Shown: positions 1 to 14,205 of the stretch, piece by piece
How the letters are laid out: every line of letters begins with the position of its first letter
How positions within the stretch are numbered: position 1 is the stretch's first letter
Assembly: GCA_010015585.1 (NCBI GenBank)
Contig: ML975160.1
Direction: 5' to 3' (one strand)
DNA: 64,000 nt
Origin: Eremomyces bilateralis CBS 781.70
Taxonomy: Eukaryota
The notes under the pieces: generated by a model
Databases searched by the model: none
Seen by the model: only the letters and a program-made list of their open reading frames with translations
What the model was told of the DNA's origin: nothing
Position numbers and translations under genes: made by a program

Positions 1-371
1 TCGCTCGAAGAACTTCTGAATGACCTCCTTTTCTGCGTGATTTACGCGAGCAGCCTCGATTGACCTTTCCGACCATGGCTTTTCCCTGAAGATTCTGTCG
101 TGAAACGCTGGTGGTCCAACTTTGCCGCAAGGAGTATCATCGCCATTTTCTTAGGCGATTGTATTAGCACATTTATTGATAGAATCAAATTCTCCGTCCT
201 GAACAGCTTGTATAGCAAGTTCTATGGCGTTTTCATTGATTTTAGGCATTTTCACCATATATTTTGCATTGGTTGAATTGCTTCGTATATTTCAAACCAA
301 TCTATCAATCTATCTAGATTTCATGGGGGCTGCACGGAAAGGGGGGTTCACGGGAACTGGGGTGGTTGACT
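1..371 (-). mobile_element. Degenerate Fot1/pogo-family (Tc1-mariner superfamily) DNA transposon end: terminal repeat plus 5' fragment of transposase; continues off the left edge
   Basis: Minus strand reads TA|AGTCAACCACCCCAGTTCCCGTGAACCCCCCTTTCCGTGCAGCCCCC (371-325), with TA at 372-373. This resembles Fot1-type TIRs (start AGTCAA, doubled C-rich motif). ATG at 249 gives MPKINENAIELAIQAVQDGEFDSINKCA..*ENGDDTPCGK..SIEAARVNHAEKEVIQKFFER, resembling a pogo HTH N-terminus, with a stop at 151-153 and an apparent internal deletion and frameshifts. Confidence 0.75.
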
Positions 372-1693
372 TATAATGCGAAAGAAGAGCCAAAGATGTG
401 AGCAGTGGAAAATGGCCGTTTGCAGAAACGTTGTTTGACATCACAGAAGCAGGGAATGATGAGGGTGGATTTAAAGCCGATGGCAAAATTGTTTGCTCAA
501 GTAAAGCATGATCACCCCGTTTCATCGGTGTCGTCTAGCCCCTCGATGTGATTGCTTCGGATATTCCTAGAGCCAATGATACCTGTAGCAATTTGTTTGC
601 TACCCTGGTAGCATGGGGAACAATAAAGAGAACAGAAACGTGGTTGTTCGGGGGGCTGATGGAGATCAAACGCCAGAATTGTGAATGTAACACTCGTGAC
701 TGCTTCTGAGGGTTGAAGATTCCTGGTTCTTCTGGCCAAGGAATCAGAGTAGGATCTAAATTGAAACCATTGAACAATTGTTGGAGGGACTTGCACGAAC
801 AAGCTTAAACCCAACGCCCGATGGATTCACCCAGTCCATTGGAATGAGCACTCATCTTGAAAATAGCCACATTCTCCTGGCTGCTCCCCAATGCCTCTCT
901 ATAAGGGAAAATGTCAATGCCAACTCGCCGCAGCTTCGCTAGAGGTTGGGCGAGAGGAACTCTTCTTGCCCCGCAGTACCCGGACAAGAAATTCCAATAT
1001 AACGGGGTGGAGTTGGCCCCTCAGCTCATTCAGTGCAATGGATACGTCAGGTTCAACAAATTATACAGGCAAAGCACTTCCAGACTGGAGGGGTACTGTA
1101 GAGTGAGCAGAGATGAAAGTCACCACCGGACTTTCTAAGAACCAGACTAGACATTGCCACAACAACAGCAATGGGGGACGGCCAAAACAACGATACAAGT
1201 TATAAGAGTGAACAGAAACCAAAACCGAAGTCCTTAAACTTCCTAAAGGCTGGTAAGAACTTTGTAGAAGCTGAACAGGCCATATAATTAACGGAGAAAT
1301 ATTTCAACCTGCTGGACTGAATGGAAGCCAACAGGCCATTCGTATTATGACAGGTATAAGGGATAGGCTTTGGATGGAAATATCCGCACAACTCTTCACT
1401 CTGAGATACTCTCAGCTCAGGGGAAATGAGAAGTATCAGATCAAAATCCATGAGGGCGACAGGAGAGGTCATGACAAACTGAAGTGAAGTTGAAGTTGGG
1501 GATGTGTGGCTGCGTGCTTGAATGAACTGTGGCTGGTGTTGACACCTAAAGTAGTTACATGATTGACCAGCATCTCTTTACTGTTTTCCCGAACTTCAAC
1601 CGCCGGAGTTAACTCGGACCTATTCCTATCTCCAAAATTCAACGACGCCACAACGCCACAGCAAAAATCCAGCGCCATAATTGCACCGCCACA

Positions 1694-3422
1694 ATGACTC
1701 CTCCAATCCCCAACCGCGAATTCGACCTTGGAGATGAAGACCCAGATGATATTCCAGACTACCCAGACGTCTGTCGGCGTTGTCAAGGAAATCATCAAAC
1801 AAACGAGCATAGAGATCAACCAGTATTCGGCAACATTATGGAGAACCCTCTTCCCGACCCGCGACCTCCGGGATCCGGTCCTGATGCCATCATGGTCCCT
1901 GCCAAGCACTTCTATACAGAGGCGCAGATCCAGCTTCGGTTGCAGCAGATCGGGATGGATGAGGCGAAGGATATGCCGGCCAGGTTGCAGGGAATCAGCA
2001 TGTTGGATGATGTTAGAAAAGCACTTTTGATGTGAGCTGCCCACTCCACTTTCCACTGCTTCTTGACTTTCATCGGCGTCAAGCTCAGTCCTTAGTCATT
2101 CATCGATTCAAGGGTTCAAAAGTACACAGAATGGACAAGGAGACTAATATTTCATAGGCCCCAGAGAACTCTCAATACAGCGATCCAGATCTTCCACCGT
2201 TTCCGTCTCCTTCATGCAATCACAGTGGAGAGCGGCTACGTCCTCATTGTACGTGACATTCATCTCAAACCATCAGTCACAGGACTTGACTAACGATATG
2301 TCTCAGGAGGTCGCCTGTGCTTGCTTGCTTCTGGCAGCTAAAATTGAGGACACTCTCAAGAAGCCCCGGGAGATTGTGTGTGCCGCCCATAATATGGGAA
2401 AAGCCAGCTCTGAGCACATCAACTCCGATGATCCCGTAGGTAGCAACCCCATCGCTCTGACCACCCCCTACCTGACCTAGAACCGTGTTCTAACCCCTCT
2501 AGATCCTCGAGGCATCCTCCAAAAATATCGTTGCTCTCGAGCGGCAGATGCTGGAAGCCATCGCCTTTGACTTCAAGTTCAAGTCGCCCCAGGCAATCAC
2601 CACAAAGTTCGGCAGGAAGTACTGTGGGTTTACGAAGGAGGACAATCAAACTTCATGGCACCTCGCGGTGGATATCTACCGCACATGGGGCCCGTTGAAG
2701 CACACATACACGGATATTGCCCTCGCGTGCTGTGAACTAGCGGGTCGTCTTCTCGAGAAAGATATGACCGTGTATGAGACGGAACACCGGGCAAAGCTCT
2801 ATGGGAATTACCAGTGTAGCCGGCTAATTGTGTTGGGTGAGTTCAAGCATTCCGCGAAGTTCCCGTCACCGGTTCAATCTTCAAACCCAAAGTATGACGA
2901 CAAGATACGGAACGTTTGCTAATCAACCCAACAGAGATCCTCCTTGACCTGATCGACCTCTACCAACACCATCGAAACACCACCAAATGGGGCCAGAAAT
3001 ATCCCCCCGAACTCTGGACATCCATCCAATCCTCCCTCGAATCCGAGCGCGCTGCCGCCAACCTCCCACGCTACCGTCTTTCGCCCCAAGAAGCCGAGAA
3101 CCTCGCCGCCGCCCGCGAGAACCGTGAGCCGCGCAACTTCACCAACCCCGGCCGTCCCATCGGCTCGCAATCCCAATCGGCCGCGCTCATGGCGGCGATA
3201 GGGGCGCGGAGCCAGACGGGGACGGTACGGTTCCTGTTCAACTCGGAGGCGGCGAGGGAAGAGGAGCGGGTGGTGAGTCGGTTCTTCGAGGACGTGTATG
3301 AGGAGGTGGAGGTGGAGATCGACAGTGATGGGAATGAGATCCCGGGGACGGAGAGGCCCGTGAAGCGGAGTCGGTTGGATAGGGGGAGTGAGATGGGGCC
3401 GTCCGGGACGAGGGACGAGTGA
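1694..3422 (+). CDS. CTK2: Transcriptional cyclin, CTD kinase subunit beta (Ctk2/cyclin K-like)
   Basis: Five exons; introns 2032-2157, 2249-2306, 2436-2502, 2837-2934 restore the frame. Cyclin-box motifs PQRTLNTAIQIFHRFRL, LLLAAKIEDTLKKPREIVCAA, LERQMLEAIAFDF; C-terminal GTVRFLF. Confidence 0.8.
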
Positions 3423-3727
3423 GTGGGGAGGGTGGAGGGGAGAATAACTCTCCTCTATGGTGGCTGAGATGGGTTAAGGAGAAGACTAGGAGATGAACCG
3501 GATTATCTGGATGACGAAAGGAGTAACGACTGGTGGAGTTTCACGGATTTGCTTTGTACGATTAGATACCCTATTCGGCCGCGTTACTCGGATTCAATTC
3601 CTTGAGTGACGTCTGAGAAGGCCGAGATCTGGCGCACTTGCGCCAGCAAAATCCATGATAATTACTTCCCACGGACGGGCGTATCGCCAGCTAGCTGCAA
3701 GAACCCATCAAATGTCGTTTATGACTG

Positions 3728-6614
3728 TTATCGACCGCCTATCACCCCATCTTCCCCGTCATCCACCCCACCCCGTCCTTCCCCCACCCCGTACCTCCCC
3801 CCCGGCGGGGCCATCTCCTCCAACCCATCCTCAATCTCACTCATCCTCAGCGCCTCCTCCACGCTGCTCACGAAGTGTTTCCGGCCGCCACACTTGTCGA
3901 CGATCCCGCTCGCCACGAACAGCCGCCACACCCCGCTCCGCTCGCTCGGCACGCGGCAGAAAAACACCCGCACCCCGCGCGTCACGTACCCGTCGATGAT
4001 CTCCGAGAGCACCTGCGCGCCCGCGCCGTCGAGGCTCGTCACGCCGTGCACGTCGAAGATGATGTTCCGGTTGTGTTCTTCCTTGCGGATGCGCGGGAGG
4101 GCCGGGTGTGCGGTAACGGTGCCGTGCGCCTCGAGGCGCTTCAGGCGGCCTTTGAGATCACCCGTGTTGGCGAACGTCAGCGGCTCGGGGATCTTGACAA
4201 TCAGCGCGCCTTCGATGTTCTCCAGGCGCCCCGGCTCAGCTTCGGCGTTCTCGAACTTGTCGGTGGTGCCGGGAACGCGGCCGAGGATCTGGATGCGGGG
4301 GCGTGTGCTGTGGCGAAGGACGCGGAGGAGGGAGACGCCGATGCCGACGGCGATGCCAATCTTGAGGTTCCAGAAGACAGTGGCGAGGAAGATGAGGAGC
4401 ATGAGGGTGAGCTCGGACCATCCACGGATGCGGAAGAAGAAGCGGAGGTCGTGGGGGGCTTCTTCGAGGAGGGAGTAGGCGACCACGGATATCATGGCGG
4501 AGAGGACGCCTTTCTGTCGAGGAGTTAGCAAACGGTATCGAAGCACTATTCCTATATTTGGAAATGAGGTACGAAAGCTCGAGCTTACAGGAAGGTAGTA
4601 GAAAGACGGCAGGAGGAATAAAATGCAAATCAGCGTGATCAGGCTGAGAAAAACACTACTCATCGGCGTCTTCCCGCCCGTCGACGCGTTGACTTTACTC
4701 CTCCCATACCCGCCAAACGCCGGCAGCGACATAAACAGCCCCCCAACAACATTCGCGACGCCCAGCGCCACCAGCTCTCGATTCGCGCTAATGTTGACGT
4801 TCTGCAAGCCGTTTTGGCCCCGACTATCCGCGATGCCCAGGCTCTTCGCCGCCACCGACGACTCGAAGAAGCCGAGCAGCGCGATGATAAACGAGGTGCT
4901 GAATGCATCGGAGGCGTACTTCAGGTGTGGGATGTCGGTGGGGAACTGGACCTGGAAGGGGGCGCCGTGCGTCTTGATGTTGCCGAGCACTTCGAGGCCC
5001 TGCTCGTCCCAACGGAGTTGCCAGGCGAGGATGGCGGAGAAGACGACGATGACGAAGCGGTCTGGGATGTATGCGACATTCGGGTAGCGGGGTTGGAGGC
5101 GCTTTTTGATTTCTCTGTGACTCGGTTAGTGATATCTCATATGTGATTATTTGGGAAGGATTTCACGGCATACCTGCACGCCATGATGATAGCGAAGGCT
5201 CCAAACGACACCGCGGTGGTCAACTTATGCGCCTTATCCATGTTCCGAACCAGGAAGACCACCTTGTCTATACAACTTCCATGCTCGACGCCGCCAACTT
5301 GTGTAGCTAGGTGGCTCAATCCCATCTCGGGGATCAGTTGATCAACGAAGATGACGATGCCAATTGCGCTGATGAACCCTCTCAAAAAAGGGCGACTGAG
5401 CACATTATCCAAGAACCCCAGCCGAAACAGCCCCGCGGAAAGGATGACCGCGCCCGCCATCGTCGTCACGATCCCAGCGATCTGGGCTTGCTCAATCGCA
5501 TTCTCGTCTCCTGTCTTCCCATTTTTGATGTTGTCGCGGACGACTTGGCCGGTAAGCAAGGATCCGGCAGCTTCGGGGCCGACGATCATAAGCGGGCAAG
5601 TTCCGAGCATGGCGTAGATGATAGGGTTAAAGACGAAGCTGTAGAGGCCGTTGATCGGGGGAATGTGGCCGAGATTGGAGGCGTAGGAGAGTGCCATGGG
5701 GATGTAGATGGAGGCGACAGTAAGGGCGGCGATGAGGTCGCCGCGTAAGTATATCCATTTGTATTGGCCGATCCAATTGAGGAAGGGGATATAGTATGAG
5801 ATGTACCTAATATCATTAGCGATCCTTGCAGACAAACCAGAAATGAACTTCAGGTGCGGGTATCCACTTACATTATCCGCCGATTCTTCACGCCATACTT
5901 ATTTGCCAAATACTTCGTCGTTCCCGTATTCCTTCCCGGCCCGCCCCCCAACAACTCATCCGTCACCGCATCCCCCAACAACCGCCTCGTTGGATCCGCC
6001 GACCCATCCATCGACTCCCGTGTCCCACCCGGTTGTCGACCACGAAACCCACCCCCGCTCCTCTCCGACCCAAAGCTGCCATAGCTCCGTACGCTCCCCG
6101 GTCGCGGCGACTCCGCGCGAGGAGAGAATGCCCCGTGGCCGCAGTTCTCGGATCCGCAGCCTGACGCGGCGTCCCAGTCGGGGTGGTTGATTGCACGAGT
6201 GCGGAAGTGAGGGGTCTCAAAGAGGCCGAAAACGGGGGGACCGGCGGCACTGGGGGATGCGGTGATGGTTGTGTCGTGGGTGGAGGGGTGGATGCCGGCT
6301 TGGTCGACTTCGGGGTGGCTAGGGCTCGCGTCGGCGGAGTCGTGAGTTGGGGGAGGTGCGGATGCTGTTGGGTCATCGGTCATGATTTCGGGGGACGGAT
6401 CGACGCGGCTGGTGACTGGAGATAGGGACGGGAAGTGGGATTGCCGTAGATTACTCGGGTTGGAGGGGGCATGATGGTGTTGCTTGTGAGTCGATCCGGT
6501 GGAGGATTTGCTGCTTCCGGCTCGTTGATGTGCAGAGCTTGTAGGCGAGGTGGGAGGTGACCATTCGGTTGGACTGAGAGGATCGAGGGGTTTGCCCTCA
6601 CGTTTGTCGGACAT
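3728..6614 (-). CDS. SulP/SLC26 anion (sulfate) transporter with C-terminal STAS domain
   Basis: Introns 5871-5807, 5173-5115, 4588-4514. Motifs GDLIAALTVASIYIPMALSYA, NRELVALG, FGGYGRSKVN and STAS region PLTFAN...IIFDVHGVTSLD. Confidence 0.92.
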
Positions 6615-7519
6615 TGGAGGGCATTCGGCTTTTCAGCAAGGAATGATAGATGTAGTGGAGGGGTTGGAGGGATTCGGCTTCGGCAATGCTGCTGTGATAT
6701 TGAACCTGGTCGTGAGTTTCAGATCCCTTTAAACAAGTAGTCGAGGTTCATCTAGAGGCAATTGTCAATTGCGATTCTCTATATGCATTTTAGAATCCTG
6801 GATGATGAATATGGATTATTTACCCCGGAGATTAGCGGTGTTGTGAAGTGGATATCGAGATTGTCTGGAAGGTCTGGTTCAAGTCTGTGGGACAAGCTCT
6901 TGAACAGCAGGGATGAAGATATCATTCGTTCCGCGATCAGGTAGTTTGATTTACGATCGAAGTGCGAAGTACAGACAATGGCATTCTTCATTATTAATAC
7001 CAGAACAGTGCTGTATCATAACTATCTCTCGTTCACGAACGTGAAACAAAAAGTCTTATTATATCGTGTCTAGCTATCTTTCCTTCAAACTTCTCGACTC
7101 ACTTAGTAGAGCGTGTTCCTCAACAGCTGGAGTCCATATCCATCTACACCCAATAAGGCCAACACCCTCAGAACAATGGCATGGTCCTCCGGCTTTGATA
7201 TCCCTCCGCCCTACGTTAGCAGTACTACATAAGTTGCCCAAGACATCTCACACGATACATTGCTATATTAAATGTAAAGACAGCCAGGAAATTATCCGAC
7301 CAACTCGACACCGGCCACCATTGCCCTCGATCACTTTTCTTGACTACACAGCGCCAAAGTTAATGCCGACAAACCTCAACACCATCAGTGGACTCTACAA
7401 TAGGCCAATCAGCCTGGAAACAGTCCCGAGTGTGACGAGGTCAGATCCTTGCGGATAGCATAGTTCAAATCCCCCGATACCACCTTCCCCGGTTGGCGCG
7501 AACACAAAACTCGAGATCA

Positions 7520-8330
7520 AATGCCAGTAAAACTTGACGTTTTCCCGTAGATCACGACGTGGTGTCCCCAGATACTCACCGCCGTATCGTTATAGGAGAT
7601 GGAAAAGCCATTGATCTCCCGACGTAGTTCTTTCTCGCAGTCAACCAGCTAGAAGAGTGTGTACAGACCGCGCAAGCTGACCCACTGAGCGTACACATTT
7701 TGTCGATCCACAATGTCGAGTTCGCCATCGCTGCCTTTACCTCGCTCGTGAGAAATGGAAAAATACATCCGATCCGTGGCCGCAAAGAACGAGGCGCTGG
7801 CGAGAAGGTCGGCAAGAAACGGTTGGAGCTTTTGCAGCTGTCCGGAATGAAACGCATCTCGGCAGAATCCCAGTCCGAAATCGGCTGCGGTCGCAGTCGG
7901 AGGAAAGAAGCGGCATTGGAAGCAGGAGGATTGATGAAATGGATGGCATTCTCCCAGGATGCATTGGTAGTCTCTCGGAGAATGGCGAGGTGGTCGGCTC
8001 CAGTGTCAGCCAGTATCTGAGCCGACGGAACAATGAGGTGCGCAATATCGCGGACTACTGGTGTCTTGTTCTCGCCCTGGATTCGTCGACACGCTTTCTT
8101 GAACAGTTCATTGTCAGAGAAAAGGGTCCAGAGAGGCTCGGGTTGAGCTTTCGTCAAGAGCTTCTGGCACAGTTATTGGCTTTCTCAGGTAGTGTCGAGT
8201 TGGTAGTCATCCATAAAGCTTCCTAACTCTTTCAGTTTGAGTTCAAATAGTGGGTGCTTATACGGGACACACTACTGATTATGCGAGATGCTGCTCGTAC
8301 TCTGGTTCGGAGTTATTTCCGAGATAGAGG
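7520..8330 (-). pseudogene. Pseudogene of a widespread uncharacterised Pezizomycotina family (DUF7924-like)
   Basis: Family-like blocks are split across frames: PYKHPLFELKLKELGSFMD..*..*LCQKLLT, RDIAHLIVPSAQILA..GADHL, RPQP, DFGLGF, MYFPFLTSEVK, DIVDRQN, ELRREINGFSIS. In-frame stops near 8173-8187 and at least two frameshifts. Boundaries approximate; family name from memory. Confidence 0.6.
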
Positions 8331-9182
8331 CGTTCGCCCGTTCCAGGCTTGGGGATCGATTTCGTGCACGCGTAGGGTTGACAAGCTCGATATCAGGTAT
8401 ATTCAAACCGTACAGGTTTGGAAGGATATCGCCAGGTCGGTAACCATGGCCTTCTCACCCGGCAACCGATTTGATGCGGTGTGAAGGCTTAACGATATCG
8501 ATGGTGTTAAGGTCGTGATTGTGAGTGGTATCAATGCATTTCCGACCTCGTTCGAGACGGACTCGAACCAAAACCCCGTCGCGGCGAATTTCAGTCCCAT
8601 GGAGGAACTTCAGACATTTGATCGCCTGTCGAATCTTCTTATTCCACACGCCCTTGCCTTGGGGCTTTTGTTGGCCCGGAATAAGCGACACAACAATCGC
8701 CAACGGAGAAAGGAATAACCATCGACCATCTTAAGGGAATCGGCGGATTGATGTATCCAGACATTCAAGACGGAGTGCCAGTACAAATAATACTCCTCTG
8801 CTGAGAGCACATAATCTTCCTCCATCTTAAAGAGTTTCTCTCTCCATATTGCCGCGTCGGAGAGGGAGACCGCAGCGGCGGGTGTGGAGGAGAGACCGGC
8901 AGATACCGTCCAGGCGATCGGAGGCAAAACACCCCCGAAAAGTGGCGATAGGTGTTTTCCATACAAATTAAAAGCTTCATGTTTGGCGTTCCATTCACTC
9001 TAGATTTGACCGAGGCAAGATGGGTGAATCGCGGGACCTGGGATCCACGTGACTGACGAGGGCCCCTCACTGTTGAATGTTAATGAAATTTTACGATCTC
9101 TGCGTGATCAGACGCCATTCCGTAATTAGGCGATATCTGTACAGGAGACGAATGTATTCATAATCTGGAGTCCAGGCCTTAT

Positions 9183-9814
9183 CTAAGGATTCCAAAGTGT
9201 CAATTGAAGATATACGGTATCAATCCTGTCTCTATCAGCATGCATCCAAGCCGTTCTCATCCAAAGCCGTACCATTGCCCATGCTTGTGCCCGACTTGCT
9301 TCAGATGTCCAACCTGTTTGAACCCGAAACTTTCATAGAACCTCGCCAGGCCCCATCCGCCACCTCTCCCAGTCTCGTTCAAGGACATGCAGGCAATAAC
9401 CTGCCGGATCCGAGTATCCTCATCGCGTGGGACGGGGATATACTCGGGAAACCGTTCCGGATTCTTCAAGATGTCAATGAGCTGCGTCAACAGCGCGCTG
9501 CCAACTCCTTGTCCGATGTGATCGGGATGGCAGAACAGTGTCAGCTCTACCGTGTGCATATAACCGCCTTTTGCACCCCGAAATCCGGAAACGGAAGCAC
9601 AGCCTAAGTTCTTCCCATGTGCATCGATGGCAACGATGTATGGAAGTCCACTCGCTATCACGTTATTGTACCCTTGACGAACCTCGTCCTCGGATTGGGC
9701 TTCCAGGCGGAATGTGATGAGAGTGTTATGCACATAGTGTTCCAAGATCTCAGTAAGGGCTTCGCAGTCCGATTCATTGGCTGGTCTCAGAGTAAAGTCC
9801 AGCTTCTCTGCCAT
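9183..9814 (-). CDS. GNAT N-acetyltransferase, phosphinothricin acetyltransferase (Pat/YncA)-like
   Basis: LRPANESD..ILEHYVHNTLITF, HTVELTLFCHPDHIGQGVGSALL, FYESFGFKQVGHLKQVGHKHGQW. Intron 9272-9226 yields terminal WIDTVYLQLTLWNP*. Confidence 0.88.
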
Positions 9815-10339
9815 GTTTCTGGGAATAATTATAAGGATGAGGAATAGGATCACTCTCAGATAAACAATAGAATCAGGATAGAATTGAGGAATGAATCACA
9901 GCCTAAGGAAGCACTTGCGTAGGTAGGACACAGCGGTTATCTTTTATTACCTGATGTGAATCCATCTCCGTAATCCGAACTGATTCGCTCCTTGTATCTG
10001 ATTGGCAGATAAGTTGAATGCGGACTTTCATGTGTTCAGAACTGCAGATTCCGATCAGCCACGCCAAGTTGCTGGAATTAAATACGGGCTGTTCCGCCGA
10101 TACTAGTTTAGTTAGTACGCTGTACGGAATATCAGCAAAAGGAGCCAGAAGAGCCAAAAGACATGGGGTCCTCCGCTTGGAATATTTTCCTCTGCGTTCC
10201 CAGACTCCCTCACCTGCTCTCTCCATTATCATTCACCAACCACCAGCTCTCTCCCTCACACTCATCTGATGCATCTTCATGATCTAATTGTCTATGCCCC
10301 ACCAATCCACCCTCTTTAAATTCTTTGGTGAAAACCAGA

Positions 10340-12236
10340 ATGCGGCAGACTCAGATATTCTCTGGGTCGTCGCACCCGCGCCTGGTTGAGGATATCTGCG
10401 ACTTGCTGGGCCAAAAACCCGGTGATGCCACGCTAGGAAAATTCAGCAATGGCGAGACGAGCGTCCGGATACGTATGATTGCCATTGTTCCGCCTAAGGC
10501 ATGAGTGGTATATGGACGGTTGGCTGATGGATGGACAGAGACTTCGATACGCAATCAGGATGTGTTCATCGTGCAGAGCGGAAGTCAGAAGTGCGTGGCT
10601 GAGCTCGTGATGCGCTGCCAACCATTGAAGCTGACGACAAGTATAGGATCAATGACAGCGTAATGGAATTGCTGATCATGATCTCCGCCTGCAAAGGCGG
10701 TTCCGCCCGCTCCATCACCGGTTTGTCGTTCCTCCCCTTCGTAGACCATCGATTGAACCCGGCCTAACCGTCCTTCAGCCGTTCTACCTTACTTCCCCTA
10801 CAGCCGGCAATCCAAGAAAAAATCCCATCGCGGCGCCATCACCGCCCGTATGCTCGCCAACCTCCTCCATATCGCCGGCGTCAACCACGTGATGACAATG
10901 GACCTACACGCCAGTCAGATGCAGGGGTTTTTCAAGTGTCCCGTGGACAACCTGGTGGCCGAGCCATTGATTGCGAGGTGGATAAAGCAGAATGTGGCTG
11001 AGTGGAATCAAGCGGTGGTGGTGAGCAAGAACCCAGGAGGGACGAAGCGAGTCACGAGCCTAGCAGATGCACTAAAATTGAGTTTCGGGATCGTCACGAC
11101 GGATCGGAGGAGGTTTAATACAAGTATGTGGACGGATCAGAGCATGACCGGAAGCTTCATGCTGGAGAGACTCGTCGATGGGGAAGATGGGCAAGATGAC
11201 GAGAAAGACGAGGAGCAGCCACGATCCAATCCGATGTCACCCCCTGTTCTCCCGCTATACGCACCCGATCGAAAACCTGAAGGGGCCATCAATGCACGAA
11301 GACCCCCAGCCCGTATGCCAGGCACTCCTAGCAGAATGCATGCGAACCGCGATTCCGATGTCCCCAGCTCCCCCCTCGCCAAATCCACCCTCCCATCCTC
11401 CTCCCACAGTTCTGCTTGTCCGTCACCGTTGATGCGTAGCCAAACCGCGCCAGCGACCGGGACCAACTCCCCACCATCTGACCACGAAGAAGAATTCATC
11501 GACGAGGTAACCATCCCCCACCACCTCTTCGCATGATACGTTCACTCCGAATGATTAGAGTATCGTCACTAATATACCCAACCTTCAGCGGGCCCGCGAC
11601 GTCATCCACGGCCGCTTCATCCACGGCCACATCGTCGACGACGACGACCCCTCTCCGGCCTTCTCCGCCACCTCCCACAGCAACACCCCCTCCCGCCACC
11701 GCGCGCTCTCCGACCTCCGCGACGACGACCCCATCCCCGACCACATGATCTCCTCCACCCTCTCCGTCGCCAGCAGTATTTACCCGCGCGAGCGCGACCC
11801 GCACGGCCTCGGCGGCAGTGGCGACGCGGAGGCGTCCTCGGAAGAAGAAGAAGACGAGCTGCGCAACCCGGAGCTCGAGACGACGATCACGCTCGTGGGG
11901 AACGTGCGCGATCGCCCGGTGTTCATCGTCGACGATATCATGGACAAGGCAGCGAGCTGGGTGGCGGCGGCGGAAACGTGCGTGAAGCGCGGCGGGGCGA
12001 CGCGGGTGTACTGCATTGCAACGCACGGGATCTTCGGGGACGAGAGCCTCGAGGAGATCGAGGCGTGCGAGTGCATCGATAAGGTGGTGGTGACGAACAC
12101 GTTCCCGATCACAGAAGAGCGGGCGCGGCGATGTAAGAAACTGGTGCAGTTGGATGTGAGTCGGTTGTTGGCGGAGGCGATCCGTCGGAACAAGCATGGG
12201 GAGAGTATGAGTCGGCTATATATGCATTACGATTGA
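10340..12236 (+). CDS. PRS1: Ribose-phosphate pyrophosphokinase, Prs1-type subunit with long non-homologous insertion
   Basis: Introns 10473-10538, 10591-10646, 10721-10778, 11507-11588. Motifs KFSNGETSVRI, PYSRQ, HRGAITARMLANLL, DLHASQMQGFF, SKNPGGTKRV, IVDDIMD, THGIF. Confidence 0.93.
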
Positions 12237-14205
12237 TGAACGGGAAATACAAGAGGCGGGAGAGCAGGCGACGAAGATCGCGATGTGGTCAATGATGCGG
12301 AGATGCATTTCTCCATGACAGCATAGCGAGGTGTCTCCGGCGCTGGCAAACCTTGACTTCAACCTTCCATGCGGTTTAGACGCTGACTGGCCCTCCGATT
12401 TCTCTAGATGCATTTGCTGTTAGATGCAAATCACGGAACTGACGATTGATATGCCTCCCTGCCTTCCACCTTGCCTTTCGTGCTCCCGTACTGATTCAGG
12501 TGGTTTCAGGCATCTGCCGCAGAACCATGACACACCAACGATGCAGATTTTTAGATCTGCAGGGACCTTTCATCAATGAGAGTCGTCCTTAACGGAGCGT
12601 TGGGAGATTGAAGAGGCGAAAGTTTCTTTCACTTGAGATTGTTCATTTCTGCGCTGTCATTCCATTCATGGACTGCGCAGGCTTAGACGACTCATACATC
12701 CATTTATGTTTAATTAACTTCTGGTCCGGTTGTGCGCATGTCAGGGATTCAGTGCTTGATACCAGTGGGGAGTTGAAGTCCTATCATGCTATCTATGCAA
12801 TAATGCGATGTACCATCCCTCGGGATGCCTTTCTGTACCCACCGCCACCTATTCCTAAATACAAATCTTAAGTTTGATTCGAACGGCTGCGATTGTGCCC
12901 TGATGAAGTTCACTGTCAACCAGTCTGTTGAAACAGATATCTGGCCGAAGTTGTCTACGATGCACTGAGCGTGGCCTCTCAGCGTAGGTATATAGTAGAA
13001 TGAGAGGTCAGGAAGATGGTATGCGGTGTATTTTGGCAATCTTTTGGTCTTTGGCTGATGCGATGACTGGCATTGGTATATATCACGCTGGACCTGGCTT
13101 CATTGCGACCTGTACTTCCCACATCAGGGGACTGCATGCTGGAGAGATTCTGATATTAAATTCGGCTGACTCATTGTTATAAACTTATAATAGTACATGT
13201 TTACTATACTGAGAAATAGAATGCCCCTCCTGATATCTGTATATCCATAATTGTGTAGTACCGTCTTCCAAGTAAGAGATACAACGAAGGGAAACGGTCC
13301 TTGCGGAGAAATTCGAATCTGAGCGAATGAGTATGAAACGAAAAGTTATGGATGCGCCAGTTCCTTAGTCCTCGCGGACAGTCCGTATAGAGTATATGAC
13401 GCCCAGCAAACATATAAACAAGAGGCCCGTCGGAGGGACACGATATATCAACGGTACATGTGTGATGAGAGTTGAGCGTGGCCTCCAAATACTATCAGAT
13501 ATTGATTGACCTCCTAGCCATAAGACTCATGCGCCAAGATCCTTCGACGTCCTTCCACCCAGTCAAAGTGGTAAAAGTCGAAACAGGAGCAGAGGAAACG
13601 CGATTCTTCATAGAGGTATAGAAAGGGAGTCGTATATCGCTTCTCAGAACGCGATTCAACAAACAGGAAATTGAACGGGGGGGAGACGTTTGGCATAATA
13701 TACGAGAAAGGGGAATCAAGATCGTGGGAATTATGGAATTCGTCTGGTTGCTTTTGCAGCACGGTCAGTGAGACCAAGTCCAATTTACCGTTAACTCCGT
13801 TCCGTCCTGCCCAGCAGAAGAGAAAACAATTGAGAAAGCGCTGTGGAAACGAGAGCGCCTGAATCATAGAGAGTCCATTGAGTCGTGCGAAATCAAGGAT
13901 GTGATGTAAGATGTTGATCGAATGGGGTCGGGATGGCGGGAAGCCGAAGGTGGGAACGTTGCCATGGAACAGGGAGAAGGGCCGGCCGGGATTGAACGCC
14001 CTGGTCGCACGCGTAGCCCAAGCGAGACATGGCTGCATTGTCGATCCTCGCATGGGGAATCCGCCGAAGACTCGAAACCAATTTGGGAGCCCGCTGCAGG
14101 CAGTCCTTCATCGTGGATTCATGGGATTTTTCTTTTCTTTTCTTTTTCGCTTCAAATCGTCCCGAACACCGTGCGGGGGCGTATCGTTTTGGTGGTTCTA
14201 ATGCG

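Noticed and set aside
374..1500. Short ORFs next to the Fot1-like end
   Set aside because: No recognisable motif or consistent splice structure; left unassigned.
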